Shown: piece after piece, positions 28,508 through 40,152 of the stretch
Layout: the number at the start of each line of letters is the position of its first letter
Numbering within the stretch: position 1 is the stretch's first letter
NCBI GenBank assembly: GCA_913050245.1
Contig: CAJWZJ010000001.1
Location: forward strand, 118,617-182,616
DNA length: 64,000 nt
Direction of reading: 5' to 3'
Source: an uncultured bacterium
GTDB lineage: Bacteria; Desulfobacterota_D; UBA1144
Position numbers and translations under genes: made by a program
Notes under the pieces: generated by a model
The model's input: only the letters and a program-made list of their open reading frames with translations
The model's database searches: none
Told to the model about the DNA's origin: nothing

Positions 28508-29242
28508 TTATATGAGCTTCATTCTCATTGAAATAGATTGATAGGTTGTACGATATTTATTTGCTAATATATGCATAACAATCTTATCAATAGAATCAAC
28601 CTCATGGAATGCTCTTGAAGCAATTACGCCCGAATAAGGGGCTAATGATTTTTGATAAATCTGTGCAAAATTACATAGAGCTTCATCAATCAACAATGTA
28701 TTTATATGATCTGAGAGCATAATATTTCCTTTGTTACTTTTTTTTGGGGTATCTAAAAAAAATGGATAATATTTATTTAAAAATTTATGAATCTTGTTCT
28801 TTAGAGAGTTGAATTCAACTAACAGTTTTTTATCTGTAGGGAATTTTTCAGCATCAGGGCCATAGTAAACTAGCTTTGATAGTGAACCAGAAGAAGCTGC
28901 CTCAAATATTGCCTTTAACCAATTCCTAGCTGCAGACCACCTATCGAAATTCTTTTTTGAAGAAAGCATTGTGTGAGCAGATTCTAATTCATTTAAAACT
29001 GATTGAAGTAAGTTAATAACTATTTTTACTAGTGATTCACGCTCCAGAGTTAGCTCATCTTTCCAACCTTTTACATAATTTTCATCATATAAAATTCTGG
29101 GTTCTTCCTTAATTTGTTCAATAAGACTCTCTAGTAAGTCAGCTTCTTTAAGAATATCAGGGTAATACTTCTCCTTAAAGTATTCTACACTTACAGAAAT
29201 ATCATCAATGTTTGTTACTTTAGTAAGCAATTTATTTTTCAT
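28508..29242 (-). CDS. Uncharacterized protein, probable member G of the paralogous family
   Basis: LIEQIKEEPRILYDENYVKGW...DRWSAARNWLKAIF matches LIDFLQIKEPRYLFYALEDW...ILYWRLMIF of member A. Its start overlaps the fumarase-family stop by 4 nt. Confidence 0.55.
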   Translation of the reverse strand: MKNKLLTKVTNIDDISVSVEYFKEKYYPDILKEADLLESLIEQIKEEPRILYDENYVKGWKDELTLERESLVKIVINLLQSVLNELESAHTMLSSKKNFDRWSAARNWLKAIFEAASSGSLSKLVYYGPDAEKFPTDKKLLVEFNSLKNKIHKFLNKYYPFFLDTPKKSNKGNIMLSDHINTLLIDEALCNFAQIYQKSLAPYSGVIASRAFHEVDSIDKIVMHILANKYRTTYQSISMRMKLI

Positions 29243-30627
29243 AAACTTGGTTTCACCATTGTTTTTGGATCTAAAATCTTATCTGACTTAGACTTATCCA
29301 AAATCTTATCTTCATTAACAACCTGTCTGACAGTTTTACCATTTTTATATGCCTTCTTAGCAACATTAGCAGCATTATTATAACCAATAATAGGAGCTAA
29401 ACTTGTACACATTGCTAAACTATCTTCAATGTAACTTTCACATTTTTCTTTATCTACTTTTATATCTTTAATGCAATCTAAAGTGAAAGCTTTGACTGAT
29501 GATGATAAAATCTCAATTGATTCCATAATGTTGTGAGCCATCACAGGCATCATCACATTAAGCTGGAAATTTCCTGATTGGCCAGCGATTGTTATAGTGA
29601 GATCGTTTCCAATTACTTGTGCACAAACTTGAGTTAGAGACTCCGCTAATACTGGGTTAACCTTCCCGGGCATTATTGATGACCCAGGCTGTATTGATGG
29701 GAGAATGATTTCTCCAAATCCACATCTTGGACCACTTCCTAGCCATCTGATATCATTAGCTATCTTCATCAAAGATGTTGCACATGTTTTAAGCGAGCCA
29801 CTCAGATTAACTATTGAATCTTTTGAAGATTGAGCCTCAAAATGATCTTTAGCTTCATAAAATTTTATTCCAATTTTTTTTGATATTTCTCTTGATATAT
29901 TTGCTGCAAACTTTGGATGTGAGTTAATACCTGTACCAACAGCAGTTCCGCCCTGTGCTAAAAATTTTAAAGCGCTTGAAGATGATGAAATAAAATCAAT
30001 AGAATTTTGAACCATTTGAGAAAAACCACCAAATTCTTGGCCCAAAGTCATAGGAGTAGCATCTTGCAAATGAGTTCTTCCAATTTTGTATATTTTGGAA
30101 AAACTTTTTGATTTTTTGTCTAGCTCTTTTTTTAATAATTTTAGGCTTGGTATTAGATCTCTATTGGCTAATTTAAGGGCTGAAATATGCATAGCTGTTG
30201 GAATAACATCATTGCTTGATTGACATAAATTTACATGATCATTTGGATGAATTTTACTTTTACTTTTAGAATATCTATTAGCAAGAGATGAAATCACTTC
30301 ATTTGCATTCATATTTGTCGATGTTCCTGATCCAGTTTGAAAAATATCAACAACAAATTCATTATCATGCTTACTGTCAATAACTTCTTGAGCACCTTTC
30401 ATGATACTTTTAGATATATTTTTCGGAATTAATTTTAAATCACCGTTAACTTTAGCAGCACAAAATTTAATTACTCCTAAAGCCTCGATAAATGGCCTTT
30501 TGAATTTTAAATCACTTATTGGGAAATTTTTAATCGCTCTGGCTGTTTGAGCAGCATAAAGAGCATTCTTTGGTACTCTCATTTGACCCATTGAATCTGA
30601 TTCTAACCTGTAATCTTTCTTAGACAT
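29239..30627 (-). CDS. fumC: Class II fumarate hydratase / aspartate ammonia-lyase family enzyme (FumC-like)
   Basis: The signature GSSIMPGKVNP is present in a 462-aa product. The C-terminal region resembles FumC (KKAYKNGKT) but KVNPV is aspartase-like, so the subfamily is ambiguous. Confidence 0.8.
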   Translation of the reverse strand: MSKKDYRLESDSMGQMRVPKNALYAAQTARAIKNFPISDLKFKRPFIEALGVIKFCAAKVNGDLKLIPKNISKSIMKGAQEVIDSKHDNEFVVDIFQTGSGTSTNMNANEVISSLANRYSKSKSKIHPNDHVNLCQSSNDVIPTAMHISALKLANRDLIPSLKLLKKELDKKSKSFSKIYKIGRTHLQDATPMTLGQEFGGFSQMVQNSIDFISSSSSALKFLAQGGTAVGTGINSHPKFAANISREISKKIGIKFYEAKDHFEAQSSKDSIVNLSGSLKTCATSLMKIANDIRWLGSGPRCGFGEIILPSIQPGSSIMPGKVNPVLAESLTQVCAQVIGNDLTITIAGQSGNFQLNVMMPVMAHNIMESIEILSSSVKAFTLDCIKDIKVDKEKCESYIEDSLAMCTSLAPIIGYNNAANVAKKAYKNGKTVRQVVNEDKILDKSKSDKILDPKTMVKPSL

Positions 30628-30678
30628 AAGAACTCCTGGATGGTATTTATTTAATTTTAACTTAATTAAGTTGTTTTG

Positions 30679-30709
30679 ATAATTTATTTTTTCAATTAAA
30701 ATAAATTAT
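30679..30709. promoter_or_regulatory. Perfect 12-bp inverted repeat (ATAATTTATTTT-7 bp-AAAATAAATTAT) in the fumC/trxA divergent promoter region
   Basis: Read directly from the sequence. It contains GATAAT-like hexamers and sits 14 nt upstream of the trxA ATG. Confidence 0.3.
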
Positions 30710-30723
30710 ATAGGAGATATCAA

Positions 30724-31047
30724 ATGAGTAATGTTATAGAGAGTAATGATTCCAACTTCAAAACTGACGTTCTAGAATCTGAGGTACCAGTATTAGTAGA
30801 TTTTTGGGCTCCTTGGTGTGGTCCTTGCAAAGCCATTGCACCTGTATTGGAAGAAATATCTATTGAACAAAAAGATAAAATTAAAATAGTAAAAATAAAT
30901 GTTGATGAAAACCAAGAGCATGCTGCAAATTTTGGAATAAGAAGTATTCCTACGCTGTTAATTTTTAAAGGTGGAGAGCTAAAAAATCAAATTGTTGGGG
31001 CGCTACCTAAAAGTGAGATTGAAAAGATTATTTTGGATGAGATATAA
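30724..31047 (+). CDS. trxA: Thioredoxin
   Basis: Active site WAPWCGPCK is present. Length is 107 aa and an AGGAG RBS lies upstream. Confidence 0.95.
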   Translation: MSNVIESNDSNFKTDVLESEVPVLVDFWAPWCGPCKAIAPVLEEISIEQKDKIKIVKINVDENQEHAANFGIRSIPTLLIFKGGELKNQIVGALPKSEIEKIILDEI

Positions 31048-31349
31048 TGGAAAAATTTATAATGCTAAGTAAATTAACTGATGAGGGAAGAAAAACTGTT
31101 AAAATGCGTCCTGAAAGAATCAAAGAAGTTAATGTTGAAATAGAAAAGATGGGTGCAAAAGTTCTTGAACAATATGCCGTACTTGGCGAATATGATTTTG
31201 TAAATATTCTTGAAGCCCCAGATAATGAAACAATATCGAGAGTATCGATTGAACTCGGTGCGAGAGGAACAATTCAGTTGGTTACCCTTGCTGCTATAAG
31301 TATTGAAGAATTAGCCGAAACTCTTCTTACCTCAAGCTCTATATACTAA
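31047..31349 (+). CDS. GYD-domain protein
   Basis: 100 aa with the LGEYDFV motif of the GYD family. Its start overlaps the trxA stop (ATAATGG). Confidence 0.6.
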   Translation: MEKFIMLSKLTDEGRKTVKMRPERIKEVNVEIEKMGAKVLEQYAVLGEYDFVNILEAPDNETISRVSIELGARGTIQLVTLAAISIEELAETLLTSSSIY

Positions 31350-32451
31350 TAATTTTTTCAGCTCTTTTTTTCCAGCTATGCTTTTTGGATTTTAGCAAAG
31401 CCTTTTTAGAAATCTCATCATACATCTTATTATCATAGAGTATTTTTTTTATAGCTTGCTTATAAGATAATAATGATTCAGCATTAACCAAAATTGAATC
31501 TATATTATTTTCTAATATTTCTTCTATAGATTTTATCTTTGATGCGACTATAGGCTTCCCAGATGCAAGATGTTCAAAAATTTTAATTGGAGATGAAAAT
31601 TTAGATGCATCTGTATTACCCTTAATTGTAAAATCATCATCATAGGGAATCAGCATTATATCTGAAATAGAATATATTTCGGGAATATATTTATGATTAA
31701 TAAAACCTAGAAAAAATATATTTTCTATATTATCTGGCATTAATCTTTTATATTCATCGACCTCATTATTGCTTCCACCTACTATCATAAACATAAACTC
31801 AGGCATATCTTTTGCTAAATCTATTATTTTTTCAATTCCCCTTCCTCTATATATATTTCCAATATAAGTAATTATTTTTTTATCATTATTAATATTATAT
31901 TTCTTTTTAATTGATAAAGTATCATGTTTAATTTTGAATTGTCTTAAATCGACGCCATTATGGCACACAAGATATTTTTCATTTCTATCTGAGTTTTTTA
32001 CAACCTCTTCTAAAGTACCTTGTGAATTAAAAGTTATTTTCAAGATATTTTTAGAGTTAATAAATCTTCTTATTGCTATCTTTGAAAAGAGATTTATGGG
32101 TGGATGGTGGATATCAATGATAATATTTTTAAAGAAAAACGATGCAATATAAGCGAAAGTTATATTCCTTGTTACTATAAAATCATAATTTGGATAAATA
32201 CTGAATATAGATAAAATACCATGTAAAAAATGTCTTAGGGATCCGGCCCTAAATCCGAACTTTCTTTTTATATTAAAATTTCTCTTTACAGAGTAATAAT
32301 CATAAAATTTATTAATCTCTTCTTTTTTTATAGGAAGAATTAAATCAACATCATGCCCATTGTCAGCAAAAGCTTCAACCATTTTAGCAACATGTATGCT
32401 GCTTGCTCCTGTTCCAAACAATTCTGGGCTACCTACATAAATAATCTTCAC
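31339..32451 (-). CDS. Glycosyltransferase family 4 (GT-B fold)
   Basis: 370 aa with the C-terminal GT4 nucleotide-binding region (EGFGLP-like FEHLASGKPIVASK). It uses a GTG start. Confidence 0.7.
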   Translation of the reverse strand: MKIIYVGSPELFGTGASSIHVAKMVEAFADNGHDVDLILPIKKEEINKFYDYYSVKRNFNIKRKFGFRAGSLRHFLHGILSIFSIYPNYDFIVTRNITFAYIASFFFKNIIIDIHHPPINLFSKIAIRRFINSKNILKITFNSQGTLEEVVKNSDRNEKYLVCHNGVDLRQFKIKHDTLSIKKKYNINNDKKIITYIGNIYRGRGIEKIIDLAKDMPEFMFMIVGGSNNEVDEYKRLMPDNIENIFFLGFINHKYIPEIYSISDIMLIPYDDDFTIKGNTDASKFSSPIKIFEHLASGKPIVASKIKSIEEILENNIDSILVNAESLLSYKQAIKKILYDNKMYDEISKKALLKSKKHSWKKRAEKIISI

Positions 32452-32512
32452 ATTAATATATTATTGATTAATTGATTAATAAACAATATTTAATTAAGAT
32501 TGAAATAAGACA

Positions 32513-33805
32513 ATGAAGTTAATAAAAGGTTTCAGAGATATCTTCCCATACTCAGATAATGTCATTGAAGATTCTGTTCTATGGAATTTCATAGAGAAAT
32601 CTATATCATCAAAATTAGAAAATTATAATTTTGAAAAAATAATTACTCCTATAATAGAAAATAAAACAACATTTAATACAGGTATTGGTAATGATACGGA
32701 TATTATATCAAAGGAAATGTATGAATTTCTATTATATAAAGACAGTCAAGTAACCAATGATATAATATATTGCCTTAGACCAGAGGGTACTGCCTCAACC
32801 GTCAGAAGTTATTTGGAAAATTCTCTTTTTAAAAGGCGAAAGATTAATAAACTTTATTACATGGGTCCAATGTTTAGGTACGAGAGATCACAAAAGGGTC
32901 GTTATAGGCAATTTTATCAAGTTGGTGCAGAAATATTAGGCAGTAAAGATATATTTTACGAATTTGAATTAATCTCACTTGGTGTTGATCTTATTAAAGA
33001 AACAGGAATAGACGATTTCGTAGTTGAAATAAATTCCATCGGAGACATAAATTCTCTTAATAAATTATCTGAAGAGGTAAGAAATTTTACTAATAAAAAC
33101 AAGGAGAAGATTCAAGATTCTGATTTTGAGATAATCAATAAAAATCCCCTAAGATTTTTAGATAAGGCAATTCATAAATACAATTTTGAGGATATACCTA
33201 AATCATCAGACTTTATATCTAGTGATTCAAAATTAAGGTTTGATGAAATCATCAACTTGCTAGACAAAAACAATATCAAGTTTAATATAAATCATCAACT
33301 TGTTAGAGGTTTAGACTATTACAATGATCTAGTCTTTGAGATTAAATCAGATTCTTTAGGTGCGCAAGATACAATTCTTGCTGGCGGAAGGTATGATAAG
33401 CTAGTATCCAAATTTGGTGGCCCCGAAACATTTTGTGTTGGTTTTGCTGCAGGGATTGAAAGGTTAATATTGCTTTCTAGTTCTGATGTCAGAAAAAAGG
33501 CATACGAAAGAATAGATTTTTATGTTGCATATCAAAAGCCTGATTTTAAAGAGTTTGCAAATGAAGTATGTTCGCGATTAAGAAAAATTGGTTTTAATGT
33601 TCTTATTGAGTATGAATTTAAAAATTTTGTTAAACAAATTAAATCAGCAGATAAAATGAATTCAAAAATGTTAATTACTATAGGTGAAGAAGAAATGAAT
33701 GCTAAGAGTATCAAGATTAAGGATATGTCATCAGGTAAAGAAGATATTATAAAAAATAAAAATATTGAAAAGGATATTAAAAATATTTCAAACAATGAAA
33801 AATAA
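32513..33805 (+). CDS. hisS: Histidine--tRNA ligase
   Basis: Class II motif FRYERSQKGRYRQFYQVG and the HisRS anticodon-binding domain are present. Length is 430 aa. Confidence 0.9.
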   Translation: MKLIKGFRDIFPYSDNVIEDSVLWNFIEKSISSKLENYNFEKIITPIIENKTTFNTGIGNDTDIISKEMYEFLLYKDSQVTNDIIYCLRPEGTASTVRSYLENSLFKRRKINKLYYMGPMFRYERSQKGRYRQFYQVGAEILGSKDIFYEFELISLGVDLIKETGIDDFVVEINSIGDINSLNKLSEEVRNFTNKNKEKIQDSDFEIINKNPLRFLDKAIHKYNFEDIPKSSDFISSDSKLRFDEIINLLDKNNIKFNINHQLVRGLDYYNDLVFEIKSDSLGAQDTILAGGRYDKLVSKFGGPETFCVGFAAGIERLILLSSSDVRKKAYERIDFYVAYQKPDFKEFANEVCSRLRKIGFNVLIEYEFKNFVKQIKSADKMNSKMLITIGEEEMNAKSIKIKDMSSGKEDIIKNKNIEKDIKNISNNEK

Positions 33806-35006
33806 AAAAATTTTTTATGGTTGGTTCATAATACTCGGAGCCTTTTTATTAATATATTTGGACGGTTTACTTTTGTACTCATTTGGAGTCCTTCTGCCTT
33901 CGATAGAAATAAAATATAATTTATCTAATACTTTCGTTGCATCTATATTCAGCGTGAGATGTCTGGTTTTTGCTTTTTCCATGATAATATTTGGAAAATT
34001 AACAGATAAATATAAACCTGAAAAAGTTATTTTTTTTGGTGGTATGATTTCTGCATTAGGAATGTTTTTTACCGCATATTCTGACAGCACTTTGGCATTA
34101 TTCTTAAATTATGGAGTCTTGACGGGTTTGGGTGATGGAGCTTTTTATGTTCCTGCGATTGTTATTGCGCAAAGGTGGTTTAATAAAAAAAGAGATTTTG
34201 CTGTGGGATTGGCTACTACAGGAGTTCCTATAAGTGGTTTGACAGTAAATCCGCTTTCTGCATTTATTTTAGAAAATAGCAATCTTGAGACTACACTAAT
34301 AATATTATCTGCAATAACCTTTATATTTCTTTTCGGAGCTTTTTTAATGAAAGAATCTCCTGAAGAACTAGGGCTAGAGCCTTATGGTGGTCCATTTTCA
34401 CAAGAAGAGAATGATGTAGAGAATAGTTGGACAAGCTCAGCAGCAATTAAAACACTTTCTTTCAATCTTCTATATATTCAACTAGTTCTTGGTATGCTGT
34501 CTTTCCTAATAGTTGTTACATTCCAATACGATTTAGCCCTAGATCGTGGCTTTGATATTCTAACCTCGTCCCTAGCACCCGCATCAATAGCGGCGGGTAG
34601 CTTCTTTGGGAGAATAGTAACGGGATATTTAAGTGATTATATTAGTAGAAATAAAATATTGTTTTCTGTTTTTATGGGCCAAGCCTTATCTATTTTTATA
34701 ATACTTAATACTAATTCCATAACAGGGTTCATTCTGTTTGGTATATGTTTTGGTTTTTGCTATGCAGGTTGGATTCCAATATTTCCAAGCAAATTAAAAG
34801 ATTTCTTTGGTAAAGCAAATTCAGGTGTTATTTACGGCATTTTTGGAACTGGTTTTTCAATATCTGCAATTTTTGGACCTCCATTAGGAGGATATCTTAT
34901 TGATAAATTTGGAACATATGATTATGGCTTATACTTTTGCATAATTGTCTGCTTAATTGCTGCATTTTTATCTTTAATAATTAATAAACCAATCAAAAAT
35001 AATTAG
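33795..35006 (+). CDS. MFS transporter (oxalate/formate antiporter-like)
   Basis: 12 TM helices. The ATG at 33795 (MKNKKIFYGWF) overlaps the hisS stop by 11 nt; the track start at 33765 is also possible. Confidence 0.65.
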   Translation: MKNKKIFYGWFIILGAFLLIYLDGLLLYSFGVLLPSIEIKYNLSNTFVASIFSVRCLVFAFSMIIFGKLTDKYKPEKVIFFGGMISALGMFFTAYSDSTLALFLNYGVLTGLGDGAFYVPAIVIAQRWFNKKRDFAVGLATTGVPISGLTVNPLSAFILENSNLETTLIILSAITFIFLFGAFLMKESPEELGLEPYGGPFSQEENDVENSWTSSAAIKTLSFNLLYIQLVLGMLSFLIVVTFQYDLALDRGFDILTSSLAPASIAAGSFFGRIVTGYLSDYISRNKILFSVFMGQALSIFIILNTNSITGFILFGICFGFCYAGWIPIFPSKLKDFFGKANSGVIYGIFGTGFSISAIFGPPLGGYLIDKFGTYDYGLYFCIIVCLIAAFLSLIINKPIKNN

Positions 35007-35021
35007 TATATAATTTTAACC

Positions 35022-37699
<2,678 letters not shown>

Positions 37700-37732
37700 T
37701 CAATTCTAACATGCTAATACATTAAATAAAGG

Positions 37733-38293
37733 CTAATCTTTCATTCTTGGAAGAGTGATACCAGTCTGTTTTTGATACTTTCCTTTTTTGTCAGCGTAAG
37801 TAACCTCGCACTGCTCATCTCCCTCAAAAAAAAGCACTTGGGCTATGCCTTCATTAGCATAAATTTTTGCTGGCAAAGGTGTGGTATTGGAAATTTCGAG
37901 TGTAACATGACCCTCCCATTCAGGTTCAAAAGGAGTGACATTTACTATTATTCCACATCTAGCATATGTTGACTTACCAAGACAAACAGTGATTACATTT
38001 TTTGGTATTCTAAAATATTCTACTGTTCTTGCTAAAGCAAATGAATTGGGAGGTATGATACATTCATCAGCCACAATAGTAACAAAAGATTTCTCGTTAA
38101 AATCCTTAGGATCTACAACTGTATTAAATACATCTGTAAAAACTTTGAATTCATCAGTAACACGAATATCATAACCATATGATGATACTCCATACGAAAT
38201 TGCACCTTTGGTTGTCTGTTCGTCAGTAAAAGGCTCAATCATTTTAAAATCATTTGCCATTTTCTTAATCCATTTGTCTGATTTAATTCCCAT
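37733..38293 (-). CDS. dcd: dCTP deaminase
   Basis: 186-aa dUTPase-fold protein with the motif [16 protein letters not shown]. Confidence 0.85.
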   Translation of the reverse strand: MGIKSDKWIKKMANDFKMIEPFTDEQTTKGAISYGVSSYGYDIRVTDEFKVFTDVFNTVVDPKDFNEKSFVTIVADECIIPPNSFALARTVEYFRIPKNVITVCLGKSTYARCGIIVNVTPFEPEWEGHVTLEISNTTPLPAKIYANEGIAQVLFFEGDEQCEVTYADKKGKYQKQTGITLPRMKD

Positions 38294-38302
38294 ATTAACT
38301 CC

Positions 38303-39292
38303 TTAGAATTGTTTTAAAAACTTTATATCATTTTGGTAAAAATATCTAATATCCGTAATACCTAACTTAATCATTGCTAGTCGCTCAATACCCATTCCAA
38401 AAGCAAATCCTGAATAATTTTTTGCATCATAGTTAACAAAATCAAAAACCTTGGGATTTACTAATCCACATCCTAAAACTTCCATCCATTTTTTTTCACC
38501 ATTTTTGTTCTCCCATTCTATATCAAGCTCAGCGCTAGGTTCAGTAAATGGGAAATAGCTTGGCCTGAATCTTATATTTATATCCTTTTGAAAAAAATCA
38601 TGGCAAAAATTATTAAGAATACTTTTCAGGTTTGCAAAACTGATATCCTTATCAACCAGTAGTCCTTCCACCTGATGAAACATAGGAGTATGAGTAACAT
38701 CACTATCACACCTATAAACCTTACCAGGGGAAATAATTTTTATTGGTGGCTGATTATTCTCCATAATTCTGATTTGCATTGGTGAAGTATGGGTTCTGAG
38801 CAATACATCATCTTCTAAATAAAAAGTATCCTGCATATCTCTTGCTGGATGATCTTTAGGAATATTTAGTGCTTCAAAATTATAGAAATTTGTCTCAATC
38901 TCTGGTCCTTCAACTGTTTGAAAGCCATATCCTTCAAATATATCTATTATTTCATCCAAAATCTGAGTCAGTGGATGTACTGAGCCAAACGAAGATGCTT
39001 TACCTGGTAAAGTTATATCTATTCTATCGCTATTCAATTTTTTATTTATTTCTTCATTTTCAATTTCATTCAATTTTTTATTTATAAGTAATTCAATCTG
39101 GCTTTTAATTCTGTTTATCTCTGTTCCTCTTATTTTCTTTTCTTCAATAGTTAAACTTTTCAACTCACTTGTTAGCTTCACTATAGGACCTTTTTTACCT
39201 AAAAATTTAGACTTTACATTCATAAGATCATTTTTATTCTTTACCTCGGTCAGTTCAATGTTTAGATCTTGAATTAAATTTTCACTAATCAT
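38303..39292 (-). CDS. pheS: Phenylalanine--tRNA ligase alpha subunit
   Basis: Class II motifs FRPSYFPFTEPS and GFAFGMGIERLAM are present. Confidence 0.9.
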   Translation of the reverse strand: MISENLIQDLNIELTEVKNKNDLMNVKSKFLGKKGPIVKLTSELKSLTIEEKKIRGTEINRIKSQIELLINKKLNEIENEEINKKLNSDRIDITLPGKASSFGSVHPLTQILDEIIDIFEGYGFQTVEGPEIETNFYNFEALNIPKDHPARDMQDTFYLEDDVLLRTHTSPMQIRIMENNQPPIKIISPGKVYRCDSDVTHTPMFHQVEGLLVDKDISFANLKSILNNFCHDFFQKDINIRFRPSYFPFTEPSAELDIEWENKNGEKKWMEVLGCGLVNPKVFDFVNYDAKNYSGFAFGMGIERLAMIKLGITDIRYFYQNDIKFLKQF

Positions 39293-40151
39293 TAGATATT
39301 CTCCTACCAGAGAATATATACATTAAAAAAGGCGCGAAGAAAATTGATGAATATGTTCCAACCATGACACCAATAATCATTATTAATGCAAAATCTTTAA
39401 TTATTGGTCCGCCAAAGAAATAGAGTGGAAACAAGACTATTAATACTGTAATTACTGTAAGAATAGTTCTAGAAAGAGTTTGAATAATACTAGTATTTAT
39501 AGTTTTGGTAAAAGTATCCTTAGAAATTTTTAAGTTCTCCCGAACGCGATCAAAGATTACAATTGTATCATTTACTGAATAGCCAATAACTGTTAGCAAG
39601 GCAGCAATAGTAGTTAGCGTAATCTCAATTTCAAGAAATAAAATAAAAAATATAGCTATAAGGAAATCATGAAATAAAGCACTTATTGCAGCCATAGCAA
39701 AACTAAAGTTAAATCTGATAAAAACATAAATAAGAATTGCCAATGAACCATATATTATAGACATTAATCCATTATTAACTAATTCTTTACCAACCTTAGG
39801 ACCTATAAAATCTATTTGATTTATTCTTGGTCCATTGTTTATATAAAATTGAGAAAAAATTTCATCCATACTTTTTTTTATATCAGTATTAGCATTTTCG
39901 TTATAAGGAAATTTAATTAAATAACTTTTATTATCATATAGCTGAACTGAAATTTTTGAATTATTAATTGTACTGACATGCTCGCGCAGCAAGTCGATAT
40001 CAACTTTTTGGTTAAATTCGATAATTAACTCTGTACCACCAGAAAACTCTAGTCCGTACTTTAAATCCTTAGAATTTAAATAATATATTGTTAATCCAAT
40101 AAATATTATTGAAAAAATGCATGCATACTTTGATATTTTAAAGATACTCAT
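39285..40151 (-). CDS. secF: Protein translocase subunit SecF
   Basis: 288 aa with a 6-TM SecF domain, overlapping the upstream secD gene context. Confidence 0.85.
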   Translation of the reverse strand: MSIFKISKYACIFSIIFIGLTIYYLNSKDLKYGLEFSGGTELIIEFNQKVDIDLLREHVSTINNSKISVQLYDNKSYLIKFPYNENANTDIKKSMDEIFSQFYINNGPRINQIDFIGPKVGKELVNNGLMSIIYGSLAILIYVFIRFNFSFAMAAISALFHDFLIAIFFILFLEIEITLTTIAALLTVIGYSVNDTIVIFDRVRENLKISKDTFTKTINTSIIQTLSRTILTVITVLIVLFPLYFFGGPIIKDFALIMIIGVMVGTYSSIFFAPFLMYIFSGRRISND

Positions 40152-40152
40152 T

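Noticed and set aside
29239-30627. Calling the lyase specifically aspartase rather than fumarase.
   Set aside because: Diagnostic residues are mixed (KVNPV is aspartase-like; the C-terminal KKAYKNGKT is FumC-like) and cannot be resolved by eye.
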